From positions 1 through 57,442 of the forward strand of contig JAGDAA010000112.1 of NCBI GenBank assembly GCA_017959745.1: a stretch of 57,442 nt of DNA, given 5' to 3'. Position numbers and translations under genes: made by a program. The notes under the pieces are model-generated. The model did no database searches and was not told the origin of the DNA. It saw nothing but the letters and a program-made list of their open reading frames with translations. Positions 49,140 through 57,442 of this stretch are shown here, piece after piece (the stretch's first letter is position 1; each line of letters opens with the position of its first letter). The stretch comes from Clostridia bacterium (GTDB taxonomy: Bacteria; Bacillota; Clostridia; Oscillospirales; SIG627).

Positions 49140-50213
49140 TTGAAAAAACTCATTTCCCTCGCGCTGGCGTTCGCTATGATGATATCCGTCGTTTCTCTCT
49201 TCTCCGCCTGCTCCCAGAAGGAGACGCTGGTGGTCTGCAACTGGGGCGAATACATCTCCGACGGGGAAGACGGCTATATGGACGTGGTCGCCGAATTTGA
49301 AAAGAAGTACAACTGCAAAGTGGAATACGTGGTAGCGGAGACCAACGAGACCCTGTATTCCCTGATGAAGTCCGGCTCCGTGGCTTACGACGTGGTATTC
49401 CCGTCGGACTATATGGTGGAGAAGATGATCCGGGAGGATATGCTTTCCGAGATCGACTTTGAGAACATTCCCAACTATCAGAACATCCTGCCCGCGTTCA
49501 AGGGGCAGGCATACGACCCCGACGAAAAGTATTCCGTACCGTATTTCTGGGGCACCGTGGGCATTGTTTATAACGAAAAGCTCCTCTCCGAGAAGGACCT
49601 GAAAGCCGTTGAAAACGCGGAGGATTTCGAGATCCTCTGGTCCAAGGATTACCCCAACCGCATTATGATGTTCAACAACCCCCGGGACGCCTTCGGCGTG
49701 GCGCTGAAGACCCTGGGCTATTCTCAGAACACCACCGATGAGAAGGAGATCCGGGCGGCCGCCGACAAGCTGAAGAGCCAGAAATTCCTGTACTATATGG
49801 ATGAGTTCTTCACCGCGATGCCCAACGATTCCCTGGCGCTGGGCGTTTACTACGCGGGCGACTATCTCACCGTCGCCGCGGAAAACGAAAACCTGAAATT
49901 CGTGATCCCGAAATGCGGCACCAACATTTTCAACGATGCTATGTGCGTCCCCAAAAACGCGAAGAACAAGAGCCTGGCGGAAAAATTCATCAACTTTATG
50001 CTGGAGCCGGAGGTGGGCAGAGACAACGCGGAATACCTGGGCTATTCCAGCCCCAACGCCGCCGCGCTGGAATTGATGGAAGAGGACGTGAAAAACGATC
50101 CCATCGCGTATCCGGAACGTCAGGATTCCTGGGAAGCCTTCCGGGATCTGCCGGACGAGACCAATGCGCTTATGCGCGATCTGTGGGCGGAGATCCTCAC
50201 CGAGAATAAATAA
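49140..50213 (+). CDS. potD: spermidine/putrescine-binding lipoprotein
   Basis: Lipobox LFSACS; PotD/PotF-type periplasmic binding fold length; TTG start after AAGGAG. Confidence 0.8.
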   Translation: MKKLISLALAFAMMISVVSLFSACSQKETLVVCNWGEYISDGEDGYMDVVAEFEKKYNCKVEYVVAETNETLYSLMKSGSVAYDVVFPSDYMVEKMIREDMLSEIDFENIPNYQNILPAFKGQAYDPDEKYSVPYFWGTVGIVYNEKLLSEKDLKAVENAEDFEILWSKDYPNRIMMFNNPRDAFGVALKTLGYSQNTTDEKEIRAAADKLKSQKFLYYMDEFFTAMPNDSLALGVYYAGDYLTVAAENENLKFVIPKCGTNIFNDAMCVPKNAKNKSLAEKFINFMLEPEVGRDNAEYLGYSSPNAAALELMEEDVKNDPIAYPERQDSWEAFRDLPDETNALMRDLWAEILTENK

Positions 50214-50243
50214 GGGCGGCAGAACCGCTTTAAAGGAGTCGTT

Positions 50244-52850
50244 ATGCAATATACCGGATTGAATGAGCTGCGGGAAAAATATCTTTCCTTCTTTGAATCC
50301 AAAGGGCATCTGCGCCTGCCCTCCTTTCCCCTGGTGCCTCAGGGGGATAAGTCGCTTTTGCTGATCAACAGCGGCATGGCGCCCATGAAAAAGTTTTTCA
50401 CCGGGGAGGAGGAGCCGCCCCGTCACCGGGTGACCACCTGCCAGAAATGCATCCGCACCCCGGACCTGGAGCGGGTGGGACATACGGCGCGTCACGGCAC
50501 CTTCTTTGAAATGCTGGGGAACTTCTCCTTCGGCGATTACTTCAAGGAGGAGGCGATCCCCTGGGCGTGGGAGTTCCTCACCAAAACGCTGGAGATCCCC
50601 GATGATCTGCTTTGGCCAAGCATCTATGAAAAAGACGATGAGGCGTTTCACATCTGGCACGACGTGATCGGCATCCCTGAGGAAAAGATCGTCCGGCTGG
50701 GGAAGGAGGACAATTTCTGGGAGCACGGCTCCGGTCCCTGCGGTCCCTGCAGTGAGATCTATTTCGACCGGGGGGAGAAATACGGCTGCGGCAAGCCCGA
50801 CTGCAAGCCCGGCTGTGACTGCGACCGGTATATGGAGATCTGGAACAACGTCTTTTCCCAGTTCAACAACGACGGCAAGGGCAATTACACCGAGCTTGCC
50901 CAGAAGAACATCGATACCGGGATGGGCCTGGAGCGCCTCGCCTGCGTGATGCAGGGGGTGGACAATATGTTTGAGGTGGACACCATCCGGAAGGTATTGG
51001 ATACGGTCTGCGCCCTGGCGGGGAAGGCATACGGCAAGGGCGGGGAAACGGACGTTTCCATCCGCATCATCACCGACCACATCCGCTCCGCCACCTTTAT
51101 GATCTCCGACGGCGTGACCCCCTCCAACGAGGGGCGGGGATATGTGCTGCGCCGCATCCTGCGCCGCGCCGTGCGCCATGGAAAGCTCCTGGGGATCGAC
51201 GGCGCCTTCCTGGTGGGGCTGGTGGACGTGGTCATCGCCTCCTGTGAGGCGGGTTATCCCGAGCTCCGGCAGAAGGAGTCCTACATCAAAAAGATCATCT
51301 CCCTGGAAGAGGACCGCTTCAACGAAACGCTGGACGCGGGGCTTGCCATTCTGTCTCAGATGATGGAAAAGACCGCCGCCGAAGGCAAAAAGATCCTCTC
51401 CGGGGACGACGCCTTCCGGCTCTACGATACCTACGGTTTCCCGGTGGATCTCACGAGAGAGCTTGTCCGGGAAAAGGGCATGGAGATCGACGAGGACGGT
51501 TTTTCCGCCCTGATGAAGGAACAGCGGGAGCGCGCCCGCGCCGCCCGCGCCAATATCTCCGGGTGGTCCGACGCCGCCAAATCCGCGGTATCCCACCTCG
51601 CGCCCACCGCGTTCACCGGCTATGAGAAGGACGCCGGAGAAGCCCGTGTCCTCGCCGTGTTCGGAGAGGAAGGGGAAGTGGATACCCTTTCCGAGGGAGA
51701 GGGCGCCGTGGTGCTGGACACCACGCCCTTCTACGGAGAGAGCGGCGGTCAGGTGGGCGACGTGGGCATCCTGGAAAGCGACAAGGGCGCCCTGTCCGTT
51801 TTGGATACCAAAAAGACCGGCGGCGTCTTCCTGCACTCCGTCCGGGTGGAAAACGGCTCCGTCTCCAAGGGGGACGTCCTCTTCTGCCGGGTGGACGCGG
51901 ACCGTCGGGACGCCATCCGCCGGAACCACTCCGCGGCGCACCTGTTGCAGGCGGCGCTCCGCGCTGTTTTGGGAGATCACGTGGAGCAGGCGGGTTCCTA
52001 CGTGGATGAAAACCGCTTCCGCTTTGACTTCAAGCATTTCCAGGCGATGACCGGGGAAGAAATCCGCGCCGTGGAAGACCTGATGAACCGCAAGATCCTG
52101 CAGGCAATGCCCGTCAATACCGACGTGATGAGCGCCGACGAAGCCAAAAAGACCGGCGCTATGGCGCTCTTCGGCGAAAAGTACGGAGATAAGGTGCGCG
52201 TGGTGTCCATGGGCGACTTCTCCAAGGAACTGTGCGGCGGCACCCACGTTTCCAATACCGCCTGTGTGGGACTGTGCCGGATCACCTCGGAGGGCGGCGT
52301 CGCCGCGGGCGTTCGCCGGATCGAGGGCGTCACGGGCGCGGGCGTTCTGCGTCTGCTGGCGCAGCGGGAGGAGGTCCTGGAGGAGAGCGCGTCCCTTCTC
52401 AAAACCCGTCCCGACGGCGTGCCGGATAAGGTGAAAGCCCTTCAGAAGGAACTGAAAGAGACCAAAGCCGCCGCGGAAGAGCTGGGCGGCAAGCTGGCGG
52501 CGGCGGGCATCGGTGAGATCCTGTCCTCCGGTACGAAAAAAGGCGGATTGAACCTGATCTTTCGCACCCTGGAAGGGGACGCGGATCCCCGGGCTTTGGG
52601 GGATCTGATCCGGGAGAAGGACGCTTCCGCCGTGGCGGTGCTGGCGCAGGTGTCCGACGGCAAGATCCGCTTCCACGCGGTGTGCGGCGCCGACGCCGTG
52701 AAGGCGGGCGCCCACGCGGGCAACGTCCTGAAGGCCATTTCTCCCATTGTGGGCGGCGGCGGCGGGGGCAGACCCGATTCCGCCCAATCCGGCGGCAGGG
52801 AGCCGGAGAAACTGCCCGAAGCCGAAAAGGCGTTTTACGAACTGTTCTGA
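50244..52850 (+). CDS. alaS: alanine--tRNA ligase
   Basis: FFESKGH, class II motifs, editing-domain HSAAHLL...CGGTHV, and the C-terminal GGGGGRPD motif. Confidence 0.97.
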   Translation: MQYTGLNELREKYLSFFESKGHLRLPSFPLVPQGDKSLLLINSGMAPMKKFFTGEEEPPRHRVTTCQKCIRTPDLERVGHTARHGTFFEMLGNFSFGDYFKEEAIPWAWEFLTKTLEIPDDLLWPSIYEKDDEAFHIWHDVIGIPEEKIVRLGKEDNFWEHGSGPCGPCSEIYFDRGEKYGCGKPDCKPGCDCDRYMEIWNNVFSQFNNDGKGNYTELAQKNIDTGMGLERLACVMQGVDNMFEVDTIRKVLDTVCALAGKAYGKGGETDVSIRIITDHIRSATFMISDGVTPSNEGRGYVLRRILRRAVRHGKLLGIDGAFLVGLVDVVIASCEAGYPELRQKESYIKKIISLEEDRFNETLDAGLAILSQMMEKTAAEGKKILSGDDAFRLYDTYGFPVDLTRELVREKGMEIDEDGFSALMKEQRERARAARANISGWSDAAKSAVSHLAPTAFTGYEKDAGEARVLAVFGEEGEVDTLSEGEGAVVLDTTPFYGESGGQVGDVGILESDKGALSVLDTKKTGGVFLHSVRVENGSVSKGDVLFCRVDADRRDAIRRNHSAAHLLQAALRAVLGDHVEQAGSYVDENRFRFDFKHFQAMTGEEIRAVEDLMNRKILQAMPVNTDVMSADEAKKTGAMALFGEKYGDKVRVVSMGDFSKELCGGTHVSNTACVGLCRITSEGGVAAGVRRIEGVTGAGVLRLLAQREEVLEESASLLKTRPDGVPDKVKALQKELKETKAAAEELGGKLAAAGIGEILSSGTKKGGLNLIFRTLEGDADPRALGDLIREKDASAVAVLAQVSDGKIRFHAVCGADAVKAGAHAGNVLKAISPIVGGGGGGRPDSAQSGGREPEKLPEAEKAFYELF

Positions 52851-52868
52851 CCGGGAAAGGAGACGACA

Positions 52869-53207
52869 ATGGACTGCATTTTCTGCGCGATCAAAAACGG
52901 AGAGATCCCTTCTAAGAAGGTCTATGAGGATGAATCCGTTTACGCCTTCCGGGACATCAATCCCCAGGCGCCCACGCATATCCTGGTGATCCCCAAGGAA
53001 CATATCCCTTCCGCGGACGCCGTTACGGAAAAAAACGCGGACGCGGTGGCAAAGATCTTCTGCGCCATTCCCAAGATCGCCGCGGCGGAGGGGCTGAAAA
53101 ACGGGTACCGCCTGATCTCCAATGTGGGGAAGGACGGCTGTCAGTCTGTGCCTCACCTGCACTTCCATATTTTAGGCGGCATACAGCTTCCGGAAAAGAT
53201 GAGCTGA
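52869..53207 (+). CDS. HIT-family (Hint-like) nucleotide hydrolase
   Basis: Histidine triad HLHFHILGG and an N-terminal CIFC motif. Confidence 0.9.
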   Translation: MDCIFCAIKNGEIPSKKVYEDESVYAFRDINPQAPTHILVIPKEHIPSADAVTEKNADAVAKIFCAIPKIAAAEGLKNGYRLISNVGKDGCQSVPHLHFHILGGIQLPEKMS

Positions 53208-53208
53208 T

Positions 53209-54264
53209 ATGGCGCAGTTTCAGCCTTCTTTCGGGATCAGACCGGCGGGACTGAAAACCCGCCTGAAGGACGCCCCCGGGGGCGCCTACCTGTTCTGCGG
53301 TCCCGAGGAGCTGCTGAAGCGCTTTTATCTGGGCAAATTCGTCGATCTCATCGAAAAAGAGGGGATGGCGGATTTCAATCTGGCACGGCTGGATTTTTCC
53401 CAGGACGTGACCCTGGACGACCTGGAGCGGGAACTGTCCGTTCTGCCCGTGATGGCGCCTCACCGGCTGGTCCTCTGCCGTTCTCTTTCCGTGAAGGATT
53501 TGAAGCAGGAGGACGCCCAGCGACTGGCGGAGATGCTGGAGAATTTTCCGGAGGACCTGATCCTGATCCTCTACGAAGAAGAGGAGGAGCTGCCCGGAGA
53601 CAAGCGGGTTTTCGGGAAAAAGACGATCGCTTTGCTGAAGGAAAAGCTGACCTTCTGCTACTTTCCTTTGCAGGATGAGGCGACCTTGATCAGCTGGTCG
53701 AAAAAGATCCTTGCCCGGGATCGTATCACCGCCGCCGACAAGGTGATCCGCGCCATGATCCGCCTCTGCGACGGCAGGATGGTGATCCTGCGGGGAGAGC
53801 TGGAAAAGCTCGCCTGCTATTGCCTTGCGAAGGGCAAAACGGAAGTGATGGAAGAGGACGTGGCTCTCTTCGCCCGGGACAGCCGGGAATTTGCCGCCTA
53901 CGACCTGTGCGACGCGGTGCTGGCGGGCGCTATGCGGCCGGCGGAGACCTTTTTTCAGAACCTGGTGAGGCAGAAGACGGACCCCCTGATCCTATCCGCC
54001 GCCCTGTCCCGGCTCCTCACCAACTGCCTTCTGATCCTGGAAGGGGCGGACGAGAAGACGGTGGCGGAATTGACGGGTCTGAAGGAATGGAGTTACCGCA
54101 ATTACAGCCGCGCCCTGTACGGCAAGAAAAAGGAAAAGGTCATACAGGCGCTGGAGCTTGTCGCCGGACTGGACCGCGATTTGAAAAACAGCGCCGTGGA
54201 CCACGACCTTCTGTGTGAAAAAACCGTTTTGTCCGTGACGCGGCTCCTGGGAGGACAGGCGTGA
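53209..54264 (+). CDS. holA: DNA polymerase III delta subunit
   Basis: Length and N-terminal pattern YLFCGPEELLKRFYL...LSVLPVMAPHRLVL are typical of HolA; helical C-terminal domains. Confidence 0.65.
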   Translation: MAQFQPSFGIRPAGLKTRLKDAPGGAYLFCGPEELLKRFYLGKFVDLIEKEGMADFNLARLDFSQDVTLDDLERELSVLPVMAPHRLVLCRSLSVKDLKQEDAQRLAEMLENFPEDLILILYEEEEELPGDKRVFGKKTIALLKEKLTFCYFPLQDEATLISWSKKILARDRITAADKVIRAMIRLCDGRMVILRGELEKLACYCLAKGKTEVMEEDVALFARDSREFAAYDLCDAVLAGAMRPAETFFQNLVRQKTDPLILSAALSRLLTNCLLILEGADEKTVAELTGLKEWSYRNYSRALYGKKKEKVIQALELVAGLDRDLKNSAVDHDLLCEKTVLSVTRLLGGQA

Positions 54265-54818
54265 AGCCCCGTTGCCGCGGCGTGGTGGTGGTGGAGGGGA
54301 AGTACGACCGGATCCGCCTGGCGTCCCTGCTGGATGCCGACATTCTCACTACGGAGGGCTTCGGGGTCTTCAAGGATGAGGAAAAGCGGGCGCTTCTGAC
54401 CCGCCTCGCCCGGGAAAAAGGGCTGATCCTGCTTCTGGATCCCGATGGCGCGGGTCAGGTCATTCGCTCCTTTCTCCACAATCTCACCGGGGGCAAAGGT
54501 ATTACGGACCTGTATGTCCCGCCCCGCCCCGGCAAGGAAAAGCGCAAAGCCGTCCCCGGAAAAGAGGGGATCTTAGGGGTGGAAGGAATGGACAACGAAA
54601 CGCTCCTTGCCCTCTTTGAGAAAGCGGGCGTTCTGGCGGACGCCTCCCTGCCGTGCCCGCCCCGCTACACCAAGGGGGATCTGTACCGGCTGGGCTATTC
54701 CGGCGGGAAGGAGAGCCGGGAAAAGCGCCGGGCGGTCCTGGCAGCCAACGATCTGCCCCTCACCCTGTCCGCCAACGCCTTTCTGGATGTGGTCAACCTG
54801 TTGGGGGTGGAATTGTGA
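54261..54818 (+). CDS. rnmV: ribonuclease M5 (Toprim domain)
   Basis: VVVVEGKYDRIRL and LLLDPDGAG Toprim motifs. The GTG start overlaps the holA stop. Confidence 0.8.
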   Translation: MKPRCRGVVVVEGKYDRIRLASLLDADILTTEGFGVFKDEEKRALLTRLAREKGLILLLDPDGAGQVIRSFLHNLTGGKGITDLYVPPRPGKEKRKAVPGKEGILGVEGMDNETLLALFEKAGVLADASLPCPPRYTKGDLYRLGYSGGKESREKRRAVLAANDLPLTLSANAFLDVVNLLGVEL

Positions 54819-55039
54819 AAGTCAAGATTACCGGGTGGCTCGTGTTCGCGATCACCGCTTTGGCAGTGGCGGTATTGTGTCTGCTTGGCCTTTTCGCGCC
54901 CGCCCTGTGGGTGGGCGGCGCCGGGAGTATGCTCGCCCTCGCCACAGCGCTCTTCCGGCACGGAAAGCAAAGTCTGAAAGAGACGGCGCGTCAGGCGGCG
55001 GACGAACTGGATCGGTCCCCGGAAAATGAAAAAGAGTAA
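54815..55039 (+). CDS. 74-aa two-TM membrane protein
   Basis: The GTG start overlaps the rnmV stop (GTGA). VKVKITGWLVFAITALAVAVLCLLGLFAPALWVGGAGSMLALATALF. Confidence 0.45.
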   Translation: MKVKITGWLVFAITALAVAVLCLLGLFAPALWVGGAGSMLALATALFRHGKQSLKETARQAADELDRSPENEKE

Positions 55040-55083
55040 GGCTGAAAAAGCCTTACCGCGACAAACAGAAAACGGAGAAACAT

Positions 55084-56031
55084 ATGGAATATTTTGAACA
55101 AGCGAAAATCAGCTCCGCTATGACGGAGGAAAGCAAGCTTTCTCCCGCGTTCCTTCTGCCGCTGGCGCACAGCGACAAACGGGCGGCGGAGAACCGTTCC
55201 CTCTTGGTGCTTCTGGCGACCACGGCGATCGTTTTTTTGTCCTGGGCAACAGGGCTGGCGAAAATGATGGGTAACCTCGCCTCCACCGTTGTCTGTGCCA
55301 TTCTGTTTTTTGCCGCGGCATACATACTGCGGGGCGTCCGCCGGAAGCGGGAGATCGCCGCGCTGACCGTGGCGACCCTGGAGGACGCCTGCCGCCTCGC
55401 GCCGGAGAAGATTCGCCGGGATCTGGTGCAGAAGCTCTTCGCGGACAAGCTCCGCCTCGGCGCGAAGGCACACATCGGCCTGAAGCGCGGCGCCCGCCCC
55501 TATACCCCCCAGGATAAGCCCGGCTGGAAATCCGTGGACTATATCAGGCTCCTGGATCTTTCAGCCACCCGAAAGAAAAACCGCGGAGACCGCGCCGCCT
55601 TTCTGTACGGTATGGCTGTCTTTGCCGGCGGCTGTTTTGCGGGACGCTTTACGGCAAACGCCATCCAGCGCTTTGTCATTCATACCGTTCCCGCGCTGCG
55701 GGAGTGGTCCCGGCATCACTATCTGTACCGTGAGCCGGCGATCCTGTCCCTGATTATGCTCGCCGTGGCGATCTGCGTCACCCTTGTCCTTATGCGCCAT
55801 TACTGGCTTTCTCTTACGGAGATCTACGCCTACGGCGTGGACTGCGAGAAGGACTCCTACTACGCCGTTTGGAACGAGGCGAGTCATCTGCACGCCCTGT
55901 CCTCCCGCTCCGATTCCGATCAGAAGGACGAGGGAACGAGCGGCGGAAACCGCCGGCGCCACCGGGGCGGCAAAGGGAAAAAGAAACCGGCGGCGGGAGA
56001 CGCGAAGCCCGCGGCGCCGGAAGCGAAATAA
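55084..56031 (+). CDS. hypothetical membrane protein with a basic C-terminal tail
   Basis: Four hydrophobic segments; GGAGAAA RBS; no family recognised. Confidence 0.55.
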   Translation: MEYFEQAKISSAMTEESKLSPAFLLPLAHSDKRAAENRSLLVLLATTAIVFLSWATGLAKMMGNLASTVVCAILFFAAAYILRGVRRKREIAALTVATLEDACRLAPEKIRRDLVQKLFADKLRLGAKAHIGLKRGARPYTPQDKPGWKSVDYIRLLDLSATRKKNRGDRAAFLYGMAVFAGGCFAGRFTANAIQRFVIHTVPALREWSRHHYLYREPAILSLIMLAVAICVTLVLMRHYWLSLTEIYAYGVDCEKDSYYAVWNEASHLHALSSRSDSDQKDEGTSGGNRRRHRGGKGKKKPAAGDAKPAAPEAK

Positions 56032-56058
56032 GGACGGTTTCCCCGAAACGGAGAATTT

Positions 56059-57141
56059 ATGCTGATAAACGTCATTGTCGACAACTTCACCACGCTGTTT
56101 GAGTTGATCGGTCTTCTGATCATTCTGAAAATCAGCGTCCATATCCCGCCGCGGATGAAAAAGAACACCGTGGCGGTGGTGGTGATGCTGTTCGCGGAGG
56201 TCTTTTGCCGGGAGTGGGAGTTCTATACCCAGCGCATGGACCGCCTGGACTATATGCGCCCGATCCTGACGGCGATCATCTATACGATCTATCCTTTCAT
56301 TCTGATCGTTTTTACCCAGCTGACCACGGAAGGACTGCTTTCCCGGAGAAAAGGGGCCTTTTACGCGGTCCTTGCCCCGGAGATCGTCGCCGCCGTTCTG
56401 TATTTCACCTCCCAGTGGACCCACATCGTTTGTTACTTCACACCGGATAACCGTTATCAGGGCGGGCCGCTCAGCTCCCTGCCTTACTATCTGTTCGCGC
56501 TGTATTACGTGGTTTTCATCGTCTGCAACTGTATTTACCTCAAGGGCTCCAACCGTTCCGTCTGGATCATTATGATATACGTGACCGTCGGCTCCGGTTT
56601 CGGCGCGGCGCTGCGTATTTTTACGGAAGAGGATTCCGGCTTCCGGGAATTCAGCCAGCTTTTCACCGCCGCGGTGGTCATTTACTACCTCTTCCTGTAT
56701 ATCAGCCGCGCCCGCCTGGATACCCTTACGGGCCTGCTCAACCGGCAGAGTTTCTATATGGATTTGGAATCCGAAAGGATCACCGCCGTGGTCTCCGTGG
56801 ATATGAACGACCTGAAGTATTACAACGATACCTTCGGACACGAAGCGGGGGACAAGGCGCTGAAAACGGTATCCGGCGTGATGCGGAAATACTGCGGACG
56901 AGGCGCCACCGCCTACCGGGTGGGCGGAGACGAATTCTTCATCCTCTATGAGGGGATGGGGCGCGAACGGGTGGAGGCGTCCATCGCCGCCATGCGGGAG
57001 AATATGGCGAAGACCGCCTACGTCTGCGCCTTCGGATGCGCCATGAAATTCGAGGCGGGCGGTATGGAGGAATTGCTCACCCTCGCCGACAGCAGGATGT
57101 ATGAAGACAAAGCCACCCTGAAAAAGAAGGGCACGAGATAA
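56059..57141 (+). CDS. membrane-bound diguanylate cyclase (GGDEF)
   Basis: Polytopic N-terminal domain. LTGLLNRQSF...DMNDLKYYNDTFGHEAGDKAL...YRVGGDEFFIL. Confidence 0.9.
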   Translation: MLINVIVDNFTTLFELIGLLIILKISVHIPPRMKKNTVAVVVMLFAEVFCREWEFYTQRMDRLDYMRPILTAIIYTIYPFILIVFTQLTTEGLLSRRKGAFYAVLAPEIVAAVLYFTSQWTHIVCYFTPDNRYQGGPLSSLPYYLFALYYVVFIVCNCIYLKGSNRSVWIIMIYVTVGSGFGAALRIFTEEDSGFREFSQLFTAAVVIYYLFLYISRARLDTLTGLLNRQSFYMDLESERITAVVSVDMNDLKYYNDTFGHEAGDKALKTVSGVMRKYCGRGATAYRVGGDEFFILYEGMGRERVEASIAAMRENMAKTAYVCAFGCAMKFEAGGMEELLTLADSRMYEDKATLKKKGTR

Positions 57142-57163
57142 GGCGCCGGAAAACGCCGAATTA

Positions 57164-57195
57164 CAAAAAAAGCACTGCATTCGCAGTGCTTTTTC
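57164..57195 (+). terminator. rho-independent terminator
   Basis: AAAAAAA-AGCACTGC-ATTC-GCAGTGCT-TTTTC. Confidence 0.8.
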
Positions 57196-57316
57196 ATGGG
57201 ATTATCGAATATATACGCAAAACGGGATAAACGGGCTAACGAGCCTGTATTCGGGGTTCACGGTATGCATTACGGTCTGAACGAACGAAAAAAAGTGAAG
57301 TTTGCCCTGGCGGGCA

Positions 57317-57420
57317 AGTGATGGTGCGTCTGACGCCGCAGTGATGTTGCTCCCCATGCCCAATCCCCATAAACCTCGGCAGGCTCGGTTGATGGGGACC
57401 CCGGGCGGGTCGCAGTGATG
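57317..57420 (+). repeat. three copies of an AGTGATG-core short repeat
   Basis: AGTGATG at 57317, 57340 and 57414. Related inverted copies lie at 6394-6400 and 6416-6422. Confidence 0.5.
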
Positions 57421-57442
57421 TGACGTGTTCCGCTTATATCGT

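Noticed and set aside
48513-53168. 1,551-aa reverse-strand ORF spanning potC, potD, alaS and the HIT gene
   Set aside because: It is the same artefact. All four sense genes happen to share one reading frame, so the codon-aligned antisense frame stays open across them. The sense genes have unmistakable family motifs.
57268-57321. 17-codon ORF (MHYGLNERKKVKFALAGK) after the GGDEF terminator
   Set aside because: It has a weak RBS, no supporting context and lies close to the window edge.

Overview
GC-rich chromosomal segment with strong G/C third-position bias. It looks like a spore-forming Clostridia-class Firmicute: spoIVB and spo0A are adjacent, and a dockerin-bearing surface protein hints at an Oscillospiraceae/Ruminococcaceae-like organism. 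That lineage call is inference only. I call about 55 protein genes, nearly all core functions: glycolysis and sugar kinase (pfkA, a GHMP kinase), cysE, spoIVB-spo0A, an HtrA protease, lgt-folD plus two secreted trigger-factor-like proteins, a LysR regulator with divergent yitT, mscL, ligA, a dlt-like envelope-modification cluster followed by asnB and a transglutaminase-like protein, an HD-GYP phosphodiesterase, a D,D-carboxypeptidase, ribF, two cyclophilins, potABCD, alaS, a HIT protein, holA, rnmV and a GGDEF cyclase. One 8.1-kb gene encodes a ~2,700-aa LRR / Ig-like / PPC / dockerin surface protein. I saw no rRNA, tRNA, CRISPR array, transposase, integrase, phage genes or recognisable defence or toxin-antitoxin modules, so I cannot honestly nominate a clear new multi-gene system. 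The most unusual items are listed here. (1) The giant surface-protein gene has its signal peptide out of frame with its body, with a C6 run in the region where both frames are open and a G6 run in the promoter spacer. (2) A ~240-nt hairpin-rich non-coding element lies between spo0A and cysE and partly resembles the ydaO/c-di-AMP riboswitch. (3) Spo0A has non-canonical receiver residues, and its upstream region is full of repeats. (4) A ~290-bp segment between convergent genes is bounded by inverted repeats. (5) The dlt-like cluster has a non-canonical gene order and is followed at short gaps by an AsnB-type amidotransferase gene and a transglutaminase-like gene. (6) Three direct repeats at exact 11-bp spacing sit upstream of htrA. 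All functional calls rest on motifs read by eye; no searches were run.
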